From the NCBI GenBank assembly GCA_903864265.1, contig CAIPFN010000080.1, forward strand, positions 18,150-82,149: DNA of 64,000 nucleotides, written 5' to 3'. The DNA is from an uncultured Bacteroidales bacterium. GTDB lineage: Bacteria > Bacteroidota > Bacteroidia > Bacteroidales > UBA4417. Position numbers and translations under genes: made by a program. Below are positions 38,284-46,247 of the stretch, piece after piece. The notes beneath the pieces are model-generated. The model did no database searches and had not been told where the DNA came from. It was given only the letters and a program-made list of their open reading frames with translations. The first letter of the stretch is position 1; every line of letters starts with the position of its first letter.

Positions 38284-38304
38284 GCAGCAGGCCCTCCCTG
38301 CTGC
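38284..38304 (-). terminator. perfect 8-bp hairpin after the FtsX-like permease gene
   Basis: GCAGCAGG-CCCTC-CCTGCTGC lies 18 nt after the stop at 38322. The U-tract is weak. Confidence 0.4.
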
Positions 38305-38321
38305 AGGTATTGAAGCGGGAA

Positions 38322-39545
38322 TTAAAGGGATTTCCGCAGGCTCAGCGTAATCCGTTTTACCGGTATCCAGGCAGCGGCAGTTCCTATGAGTCCTATGGTT
38401 ACAAAAACATACAGGAAATCGGTAGCGATCAGTTTTATAGGGTACGCGCTTATAATAAATGATCCTCCGCCCTGCAGTTTGATGAGTCCGAATTTCTGCT
38501 GGATAACGCATACCAGCAGCCCGAGAATAAGCCCGGCAAAGGCGCCGGTAAGGGTTATGAGTAAGCCTTCGAAAAAGAAGATTTTTTTAATCACGCCATC
38601 CCTGGCACCCAGGCTGCGCAGTATGCCAATGTCCTTCTGCTTGTCGAGAATGAGCATGGTCAGCGATCCTATCACATTGAACGAAGCCACAATCAGGATA
38701 AAGGTAAGTATCAGGAATACAGCCCATTTTTCGGATTTCATGATTTTATACAACACTTCCTGCTGCTGGAAACGGTTTTGAATCCGGAACTTAGGACCGG
38801 CAATACCGGCAATTTTTTCCTGTACGTTTTCGGCATCCGCTCCTTTTGCCAGCCTGATTTCCACACCGGTAAGTTCATCGGTATAATCGAGCAAACGGCG
38901 CGCAAAGCGCAGGGGTACCAGCATATATTTATCGTCGAAATCCTGCTGAACCGAAAAGATGGCTACCGGCCTGATAAACTCGCTCGAAAAGGATTCCTGT
39001 GGCAGGCCGGTAATGCTTCCTTTCCGCTTGGGGATATACACCGAAATGAGGTTGTCGGGGGCTTTCATATCCAGGTCGAGGAAGTAGGCTATACCATAAC
39101 CCGGTATGGCAAAGTCGAGGCTATCTTCCTGCAGCACCATTTTGCCGGTTACCAGTAAGGAGTCGATAGGGCTTTTTTCCTGGTAGCTCGAATCTACCCC
39201 TTTGATGGTGGCCAGGAATTGTCTCTTTTTGTAATACAGCAGGGCGTTTTCTTCCACCACTTCGGTGTAACTGATTACGGAGGGCAAGGCACGGATTTTA
39301 TCCGCATTTATATCGCTGGCATGGAAAGTTTTTCCCTGTAAAACCGTTACTTCAATATCGGGGTCAAAAACCGAGAACAGCGAAACCACCACCGATTCGA
39401 AGCCGTTGAAAACACTCAGCACTATAATCAGAGCGGCCGTTCCCACCGCTACACCCACCATCGAAATACCCGAGATCAGGTTGATGATGTTGTGCGATTT
39501 CTTCGAAATCAGGTAGCGGCGCGCAATAAAAAAGGGGAGGTTCAA
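38322..39545 (-). CDS. FtsX-like ABC transporter permease (LolC/LolE type)
   Basis: N-terminus MNLPFFIARRYLISKK, a large periplasmic loop and a C-terminal FtsX 3-TM bundle. Confidence 0.85.
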   Translation of the reverse strand: MNLPFFIARRYLISKKSHNIINLISGISMVGVAVGTAALIIVLSVFNGFESVVVSLFSVFDPDIEVTVLQGKTFHASDINADKIRALPSVISYTEVVEENALLYYKKRQFLATIKGVDSSYQEKSPIDSLLVTGKMVLQEDSLDFAIPGYGIAYFLDLDMKAPDNLISVYIPKRKGSITGLPQESFSSEFIRPVAIFSVQQDFDDKYMLVPLRFARRLLDYTDELTGVEIRLAKGADAENVQEKIAGIAGPKFRIQNRFQQQEVLYKIMKSEKWAVFLILTFILIVASFNVIGSLTMLILDKQKDIGILRSLGARDGVIKKIFFFEGLLITLTGAFAGLILGLLVCVIQQKFGLIKLQGGGSFIISAYPIKLIATDFLYVFVTIGLIGTAAAWIPVKRITLSLRKSL

Positions 39546-39784
39546 AATGAAAACGCTTAGGGTTGCTGCAAAAATACTGTATTATACTTAGTATGGGATA
39601 AAATATCATTTAATAAAAGAGCTATGACCCGGGTCCCGGGTGCCCTTTTCGCCTCCGGGGTTCCTGCTGAAAATTCAAATTTACCATTTGGATTTGGGGA
39701 TTTGACCCCAGGGAAGATTATCCTCCGGAGATCAGCATGGCCCTCCTTTCACCCAGGAGGTGATTTAATCAGATTAGGAAGGTT

Positions 39785-40507
39785 CTACTTCAGGATTACC
39801 CAGTTATTCAGCGTATCGGAACTTACAAATGTATCGCCGCTGCACATGAGGGGATTTGCATCCCTGACAGCCTTTGGAATTATCAATTCCTCGCGATTAC
39901 CAACACCGCGGTTTTGATATTGGGTAAAAACGGCATCGGTAAGTACATCGAAATAGGATACCATTCTTCCCTGCCGGGTCGGATCGTTCACAATGACTGA
40001 AATATCCGACATGGTTTGTGATCCTATATGCGTCCCCAACTGAGTGCCTGCCGTTACCTTTTCGTCAATAGTATATTGTTTTAAAGTTTGGATATGAAAT
40101 ATGGAAAACCGGAAAGCCGGATACTGATCGGAGTCCATCTCGATTTTAGTCCCTGCCCATTCCTCTTCAACGCGGGTGATTTTGCCGGTAACTGGTGCAT
40201 AGATTTTTACAGTAGTCCAATCCAGGCTGCTTTTAGGCTCAAAATAATGTTTCATGCTGCGGCAGTGTTCAAAAGCATCGGAATAGTCATGCCCCTCCGA
40301 TGACCTGAATCTGGAAACGCGGTAAATTTTATCGAGATCTATATAGTTCGTCGAAACGAACTTCGGGATGCCATCCTTATCAATATCCCATATATCAGTA
40401 TTAACCGGAGGACTATTCTCGCTGTCCTTATGGCAGGCGGTTAGGCTGAGCATAAATGGAATGAAAGCCAGCAGGAAAATCCCTGAAACAAGACTGAGCT
40501 TTTTCAT
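39785..40507 (-). CDS. hypothetical lipoprotein
   Basis: The ATG at 40507 gives MKKLSLVSGIFLLAFIPFMLSLTAC|HKD. The track start at 40534 is a TTG. Confidence 0.6.
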   Translation of the reverse strand: MKKLSLVSGIFLLAFIPFMLSLTACHKDSENSPPVNTDIWDIDKDGIPKFVSTNYIDLDKIYRVSRFRSSEGHDYSDAFEHCRSMKHYFEPKSSLDWTTVKIYAPVTGKITRVEEEWAGTKIEMDSDQYPAFRFSIFHIQTLKQYTIDEKVTAGTQLGTHIGSQTMSDISVIVNDPTRQGRMVSYFDVLTDAVFTQYQNRGVGNREELIIPKAVRDANPLMCSGDTFVSSDTLNNWVILK

Positions 40508-40784
40508 TTTGGTAAGGTTTTTACTTTTTGACAAAACTGTTACTTGCCGGGTTCCGTTGACTCTTTTGGTTTTCGCGAAGGATTCCCTTTCGGCGCGGAG
40601 TTAAGAAGGATAGAAAAAGCCAAAGAACCAACTCGGTATTATGGAATTCCCTGTCTATAAAGTTAATACAATTTGGGAAGAAATCAAAGAGGTATCGGGG
40701 AATGTTTTTAAGAGAGAAGTTTAAGCTGATAACCGGTGCCGGCACCATTTACAGTAAAACGGGGAAAGCAGGAAAGAATGATTT

Positions 40785-41000
40785 GTGAAAATGTTTGAAA
40801 CAGATGATTATAACAGGTTCAGGCGTGCCGGCAGGCAGCCTGTAGAGCTTTGGCTCAAAAAGGTTATGGCTCAAAAGTTAAAAACGATTCATCAAAACCC
40901 GATAGTGGAAGACCTGGTATTTAGAGCAGAAGATTATGTCCATAGCAGCGCAATTGAGTATGCGGGCGTGAAAGGAATATTGTATATATTTGACGAATAA
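40785..41000 (+). pseudogene. C-terminal remnant of a RAYT / IS200-like (Y1) transposase
   Basis: QPVELWLKKVMAQKLKTIHQNPIVEDLVFRAEDYVHSSAIEYAG matches the conserved C-terminal block (...ELW....QK..YIH.NPV...V...EDY.YSSA..Y) of REP-associated tyrosine transposase-like proteins. The HUH/Tyr catalytic part is missing, and only frame-shifted traces lie upstream (about 40700-40784). Confidence 0.65.
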
Positions 41001-41101
41001 TAATGAAAGGGGCCGGGAGGCACGGATTACAGATCCGCAACAGCTGTGGGAGAAACAGAAACCTGGGCGCAATGAAATAGTTATTTAACTCCTATATAGA
41101 T

Positions 41102-41818
41102 ATGAAGTACATTTTAGTGATTATTTTGTTTTTTATTGCCTTTGAAGGGCAAACGCAGGAAGCCCAGGTTCACAAGAAGAGGATGAACATCAGGAGGCAC
41201 TTCAAAAATTTGTCGGTTCAGCAGATCAATGATCTGAAAAACGGAGTTTTGATTGTGAGGCTCTATACGAAAAACAGTACAATTTCGGCGTTAAGGAAAA
41301 ATGGAAACAATAAGCAGGCTCATGAAATTGAACGGAAACAATTCGAAACGAATCAGGAAATAGTAAATGCTTTCAGGCAAGGTTTTGACTTTTGCCCGTT
41401 ATACTTTTTTTACAGTGATTATTCGGCAAATGTTATTGAGCAACAGTTTGGCAGGTTTCCTTTTTTAAATGACAGTCTGGTACCGGATTCAACCATCATA
41501 TTAAAAACCCGGAATTTTCTGACTGCCGATTTTGGCACAATCGACCAGGATACAAGCATGCGTTTCGATGGTTATTATTATGATTACGGAGAACATGGAT
41601 TAGAGAAAAGATCAAAATATTACGGGGGTTCCAATATGGGATTCGGGGCTTTGGTTTTGCGCAGCGACAAATTGGTTCAGCTTCACAAGCCTTTTCCGTA
41701 CTATGTCAGAACCTATAAATCGTTGCCATTCTCAGCCAACTCAAAAAATGTTGTAAAGAAAATGAATCACAAACTCGAGCGGTTTTATAAACGAAAGCAA
41801 CGGAAAACAATAGGATAA
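41102..41818 (+). CDS. hypothetical secreted protein
   Basis: Signal peptide (MKYILVIILFFIAFEGQTQ). It is basic and A+T-rich, and I recognise no family. Confidence 0.55.
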   Translation: MKYILVIILFFIAFEGQTQEAQVHKKRMNIRRHFKNLSVQQINDLKNGVLIVRLYTKNSTISALRKNGNNKQAHEIERKQFETNQEIVNAFRQGFDFCPLYFFYSDYSANVIEQQFGRFPFLNDSLVPDSTIILKTRNFLTADFGTIDQDTSMRFDGYYYDYGEHGLEKRSKYYGGSNMGFGALVLRSDKLVQLHKPFPYYVRTYKSLPFSANSKNVVKKMNHKLERFYKRKQRKTIG

Positions 41819-42093
41819 ATCATTTGAACCTGTAGGTGCGGATTGCGTCTTTACGAATCGATCTCAACAGCAAACCATTGATAATCTGTGCTGGTACCAT
41901 TTACCGTGCAACAGTGAAAGCAGCATAAAGTGGGAAGTAGAATAGTTTGAAGCAGAAGCCGGAAACAGGTTCTGGCAAGCCGTAAACCAGCCTGTGGAGC
42001 TCTGAAGCCATGCCGTTATTCAAAAAACTAAATAGTATTCCTTCATTTCCCGGTGCAGGCTTGCCTCTTTAGGTTGCCTGCCCTCCCCTTTGC

Positions 42094-43734
42094 TTATTTC
42101 CCTGCCTTAATCAGCGGTATACCAATGGTGCCATTGGGTTCCTGTATATGGATCAGGCTACTGATGGTAGGGGCAATATCTTCGACATACACCTCGGTAT
42201 TGGATTCGCCGGCTTTAATATTCCAGCCATAAAAAATCAGGGGTACATGGGTGTCATAATCGAAAGCGGTACCGTGCGAAGTTCCGGCATAATATCCGCC
42301 AGTAAGATATCCTATGGTGAGATCAAATACCAGGTCGCCCGAGCGATATGGATTAAAGCCGTTTAACGCGAAGGTGTTCATGCTGCGGGTAGGCATTTTC
42401 GAATTAAAATCTTCTTTGGATGAGATCATATTCATCTGAGGAAACGAATTTCTCAGGTAACTAATCAGAACGGTATTCAGCACATGCAGGTCCAGCTTTT
42501 TGTTTTCCAGTATCGTATGGTTTAGATAGATCTGGTTATCCTCAACAGTTTCAATAATATCGCCGAAACCAAAATGCCTGCTGCAATATGTTTTAAGAGA
42601 ATCGGCCACCACTTTGCTGTCGAGGTTGCCTGTCGGCAGATGGTTTTCCTTCAGGTAAGCGGCATTGGGTTTCACGGCATGGTCGGCAGTAAGGAAAAGC
42701 AGGTAGTTCCCTTTTCCCACGCTATTATCCAGTGTTTGGAGCAGTAAGGCGATCTGTTTATCGAGCCTTACATAGGTATCCATCACTTCCACCGAATTAG
42801 GTCCAAAAGCATGGCCTACATAATCGGTCGACGAAAATGAAACGGCCAGCATATCGGTATACTGCCCTTGTCCCGGCTTTTCGTTTTTGATCAGTTCCGT
42901 TACAAATCCGGCCAGCAGGTCATTTCCAAAAGGCGTGGTCCGTATCAGTTCGAGGCGGGTGGCCGCATCTAGTTTTTCGAATGAATGTGGGAAAGTGGTT
43001 GTGCCTTCTTTAAAAACATCCACTTCTCCGGCCCCTTTGTCGGGCATGGAAGTGGTATAATCCGATTCGGGCAGGGATAAGGGCCATCCGTTGGACATCA
43101 GTTTGGACGGTTCCTTCCGGCTGTTGAATTGGCTAACCCACCCGGGCAAGGTTTTGGTGTAATAGGACGATGTGATAAAATTCCCCGATTTCCCGTCGTA
43201 CCAGTATGCGGCATTGGCCATGTGCCCGCCGGGCAGTATAGCGGCCCTGTCCTTGATGGACACCGAGAAAACCCTCGACAGGCCGTTATCCGACATGCGC
43301 AGTTCGTCGCCTATGGTCGAAGCCAGCAGCCTGTCGGGCGACATCTGCCCTGAAGCGTTTTCGGCGCCTATGGTTTGGTGCGTGGAATCACTGGTGCAGT
43401 AAACCGTTTTTTTAAGGGTTTTATCGTACCAATCGTTCGATATGATGCCATGGAAATAAGGCGTGGAACCCGTATAAATACTCGTATGCCCCGGACCTGT
43501 ATAAGTTGGAATGTAATTATACTGTGCGTAGGTAAAATTCATGCCTTCTTTCATCAGCCGTTTAAAACCATTTTCCGAATACTGATCATAATAGCGGTAC
43601 AGGTAGTCAAAACGCATCTGGTCAACCACAATACCCACCACCAGTTTAGGTTTCAGCTGTACCTTTTTGTCCTGAGCCATCATAATCCGGGAGCCCAGTA
43701 CCAGACAAATAATCAATAAGGCGATACGTTTCAT
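42094..43734 (-). CDS. pafA: alkaline phosphatase, PafA family (nucleotide pyrophosphatase/phosphodiesterase fold)
   Basis: 546 aa. The motifs VVGIVVDQMRFDYLYRY, PTYTGPGHTSIYTG (catalytic Thr region) and HGIISNDWYD match Bacteroidota PafA. Confidence 0.85.
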   Translation of the reverse strand: MKRIALLIICLVLGSRIMMAQDKKVQLKPKLVVGIVVDQMRFDYLYRYYDQYSENGFKRLMKEGMNFTYAQYNYIPTYTGPGHTSIYTGSTPYFHGIISNDWYDKTLKKTVYCTSDSTHQTIGAENASGQMSPDRLLASTIGDELRMSDNGLSRVFSVSIKDRAAILPGGHMANAAYWYDGKSGNFITSSYYTKTLPGWVSQFNSRKEPSKLMSNGWPLSLPESDYTTSMPDKGAGEVDVFKEGTTTFPHSFEKLDAATRLELIRTTPFGNDLLAGFVTELIKNEKPGQGQYTDMLAVSFSSTDYVGHAFGPNSVEVMDTYVRLDKQIALLLQTLDNSVGKGNYLLFLTADHAVKPNAAYLKENHLPTGNLDSKVVADSLKTYCSRHFGFGDIIETVEDNQIYLNHTILENKKLDLHVLNTVLISYLRNSFPQMNMISSKEDFNSKMPTRSMNTFALNGFNPYRSGDLVFDLTIGYLTGGYYAGTSHGTAFDYDTHVPLIFYGWNIKAGESNTEVYVEDIAPTISSLIHIQEPNGTIGIPLIKAGK

Positions 43735-43752
43735 GCTATAAGGTTTTATTGA

Positions 43753-44559
43753 TTATTTCCAGGCTTTCACTACCAGCCCGGTTCCGGTTTTATGGGTCAG
43801 GGTGGCATCGAAATAATTCAATACCAGACAAAGTGGGAAGGTGATGATGTAATAAAAAGGCAGAATAATAAAAAGGAGTTTCGTTTTACCCAGTGCCAGT
43901 ATAGGGTATTTCATCGAGAGGCGCCAGCTTAATTGCCCGGGTTTACCATACTGGTAGCGGGCTTCGGTGCGGCTGAAGCCGGCAAGCCGGAGTTTCTCCT
44001 GTATTTCGCTGATGTTGTACCCGTCGCGCACATGTTCGTCGATAAACGATTCTTCCTCGTGTTCGTGAACATCGCTGCCGCCCTGGTCCGAAGGGGTCGA
44101 AATCAGCACCATGCCGCCGGGTTGAAGGGAAGCATAAAAATTACGGAATACGGCAACGTCCTCCAGTATATGTTCCATCACATCCACCGAGAGGATGAGG
44201 TTATAAGCCGAAGCATCCGTAAAGGCCGTCAGGTCGGCATTGGCAAAGCTTACATTTTTCCTGCCTATGCGGCTGAAAAAGGCGTTGCAGTCAGCAATCT
44301 GTTCGTCTTTTACATCCACGCCCCTGATTTTCCAATCCGGATGTTTGGATGACATATAGAAATCGTATTGTCCGAAACCCGAGCCTGCATCCAGGATGGA
44401 AGCGTTTTTGGGTGCCGACAGGGCCCATTGTTTCACTTCGCGCCTCACATGCCACGAACGCAGCAGGAGTAAATCGAGCAGGCGGTAAAACACTTTTCTT
44501 AAAAACGGAGTGCTGTTGAAAACACTGCCCAGCGAACGTTTGATAGGATCGTACTGCAT
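43753..44559 (-). CDS. class I SAM-dependent methyltransferase with C-terminal membrane segment
   Basis: SAM motif I ILDAGSGFGQY and a hydrophobic C-terminal region. It lies 18 nt upstream of pafA. Confidence 0.75.
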   Translation of the reverse strand: MQYDPIKRSLGSVFNSTPFLRKVFYRLLDLLLLRSWHVRREVKQWALSAPKNASILDAGSGFGQYDFYMSSKHPDWKIRGVDVKDEQIADCNAFFSRIGRKNVSFANADLTAFTDASAYNLILSVDVMEHILEDVAVFRNFYASLQPGGMVLISTPSDQGGSDVHEHEEESFIDEHVRDGYNISEIQEKLRLAGFSRTEARYQYGKPGQLSWRLSMKYPILALGKTKLLFIILPFYYIITFPLCLVLNYFDATLTHKTGTGLVVKAWK

Positions 44560-44611
44560 ATTGAATTCAGGAGGTAACTATGTGAAACGGGAAATGCTTG
44601 CCTTTTGATAA

Positions 44612-44709
44612 TGTGGGATGTGGGATGTTTGATGTGGGATGTGGGAACCCGGCACCTGGCACTTGGAACCTGGCACTTGGTACCCGGAACCCGGAACCCG
44701 GAACCCGGA
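44612..44709 (+). repeat. 14 contiguous heptamers: (TGTGGGA)x5 fused in phase to (ACCYGGN)x9 ending in (ACCCGGA)x4
   Basis: Direct count from 44612 shows the period-7 register is unbroken across the switch of motif family at 44646/44647. Confidence 0.95.
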
Positions 44710-44723
44710 ACATCTTCTTCTTT

Positions 44724-45062
44724 CTAGCCTTTGAGCAGGTTGTCGATATTTTCGATATAATCGAGGGAATCGTCAATAAAAAAATCGAGCTCGGGGATGG
44801 ATCGCACCTGGTTGTGGATACGGTTGCCCAGTTTAAGCCGGATCTCTTTCCGGTGTTCTTTAATCAGGGCCAGTAACTCCGGCTTAGGGGTTTTCCCGAA
44901 AAGGCTGATATAAACTTTAGCCAGGAAAAGGTCGGGGGAGATGTGTACCTTGGTAACCGTAATCATATTGCCCGTGAATACATCGCGGCCCATGGCCTGG
45001 AATATTTCGCCCATATCCTTCTGGAGCAGTCGTTCTATTTTTTGCTGACGTGTTGTTTGCAT
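44724..45062 (-). CDS. rbfA: ribosome-binding factor A
   Basis: MQTTRQQKIERLLQKDMGEIF...ITVTKVHISPDLFLAKVYISLF is a canonical RbfA N-terminus. The track ORF start at 45137 runs into the repeat tract and is rejected. Confidence 0.9.
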   Translation of the reverse strand: MQTTRQQKIERLLQKDMGEIFQAMGRDVFTGNMITVTKVHISPDLFLAKVYISLFGKTPKPELLALIKEHRKEIRLKLGNRIHNQVRSIPELDFFIDDSLDYIENIDNLLKG

Positions 45063-45090
45063 GGCGCAAAGGTAAGGATTTATTGGAATA

Positions 45091-45200
45091 GGTGATTGAG
45101 GAGATTGATGGGATTGAGGAGATTGAGGGGGCGACAAGGGGACAAGGGGAGATTGATGGGATTGATGCGATTGAGGAGATTGATGGAGACAAGGTGAGGA
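45091..45200 (-). repeat. C-poor (plus strand) GATTGAKGR / GGGACAAGG low-complexity tract, homologous to 689-900 in reverse orientation
   Basis: The reverse complement contains ccccttgtccccttgtc and tcaatcccatcaatctcctcaatc. The latter is a 24-nt identity with 831-854. Confidence 0.9.
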
Positions 45201-45272
45201 TTGATGGATTTGAAGGGAGATTGCAATGTATTATACGGCATGACGGTTATCGATTTCATCGTCTGATTATTC

Positions 45273-45321
45273 CACATCCCACATCATACATCCCACATCA
45301 TACATCCGACATCCTAGATCT
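45273..45321 (-). repeat. heptanucleotide array (GGATGTG/GGATGTA-type), 6-7 units, right after the GT2 stop codon
   Basis: Minus strand: TAG GAGATC TAGGATG TCGGATG TATGATG TGGGATG TATGATG TGGGATG TGG. Confidence 0.95.
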
Positions 45322-45322
45322 C

Positions 45323-46147
45323 CTAAAGTCCTGACTCAATATCCCGGCAATATTCCCTCATGGTTTCCAGGCTCCATTTATCCTCGTTCGAGATAATGTT
45401 ATCCTTGTCGGCAAAGGGAGCACGGGTTGATTTGGAGGTTAAGCGGATGTAATGATGTATGAACACTCCCAGTGCCATATGAACAGGCTTGATGTCATTA
45501 TGTTCGATATTTCTTTTCTTCGAGCGTATGTACAAATCAAAGTCAGCGCCTTGGATGCGCTCATCCCAGAGGCCTATTTTGGCCAGGGCCTCTCGCCGCA
45601 TCATCACGGTATTCCCCACGAAACCTTCCTTCACGGCAAGCCCGAATTTTTCGAAGCGTTTGTTGGCGAAGCGTTCCCAGTTCCCGTACATCAGCCGGTG
45701 CATGAGCTTTAGGTTAAAGGTGCTGAAGCCAAATACGGCGAGAGGATTTTTTACCTTCAGCCATCGGCGCTTTATAGCTTTGGAGCTCACGGCATCTTCC
45801 AGCATTTCGATGCCCACGGGGGTGATTACATCCAGGCCAGCGGCATCGGCGGCATCGAGCATGCGTTTGTCCCAGTCGGGTGAAACGATAATATCGTTAT
45901 TGATAAAAACGAAAGTATCATATTTTGCTTTGGCGATTCCCTGGTTCTGGCATACAGGGTAGGAATAGTTTAGCTCATTTTCAATCACCACAGCGCCCAC
46001 CGACTTGAAAAATTCCCGGCTTCCATCCGTGCTCTTATTGTCAATAATGATAAGTTCGAAAGGATGAAACGTATATTTCCGGAGGGATTGCCAGAATATC
46101 CGGTTCATCGGCAATCCGTTATGCACTGCGGTTATGATGCTGATCAT
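45323..46147 (-). CDS. glycosyltransferase family 2
   Basis: ISIITAVHNG ... ELIIIDNKSTDGS ... FINNDI (DxD-like) is typical of GT-A fold GT2 enzymes. Confidence 0.85.
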   Translation of the reverse strand: MISIITAVHNGLPMNRIFWQSLRKYTFHPFELIIIDNKSTDGSREFFKSVGAVVIENELNYSYPVCQNQGIAKAKYDTFVFINNDIIVSPDWDKRMLDAADAAGLDVITPVGIEMLEDAVSSKAIKRRWLKVKNPLAVFGFSTFNLKLMHRLMYGNWERFANKRFEKFGLAVKEGFVGNTVMMRREALAKIGLWDERIQGADFDLYIRSKKRNIEHNDIKPVHMALGVFIHHYIRLTSKSTRAPFADKDNIISNEDKWSLETMREYCRDIESGL

Positions 46148-46247
46148 CGGGAGGCTGAATTTGAGAATGCAAAGTAACGAATAAACAGCGATAGAAATTA
46201 ATTGCTAATTTAGCCGCTTCGTTTGTAAATGCCCTAAATACCTAATT

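Noticed and set aside
42054-42080. GCAGGC...GCCTGC hairpin after pafA as a terminator
   Set aside because: It has a short 6-bp stem, a 15-nt loop and no following U-tract on the relevant strand, which is too weak to call.
44567-45334. ORFs 44567..44776(-), 44598..44876(+), 44917..45192(-), 45080..45277(-), 45092..45334(+) and the N-terminal extension of rbfA to 45137
   Set aside because: These are the same repeat-derived artefacts. rbfA has a canonical start (MQTTRQQKIERLL) at 45062.
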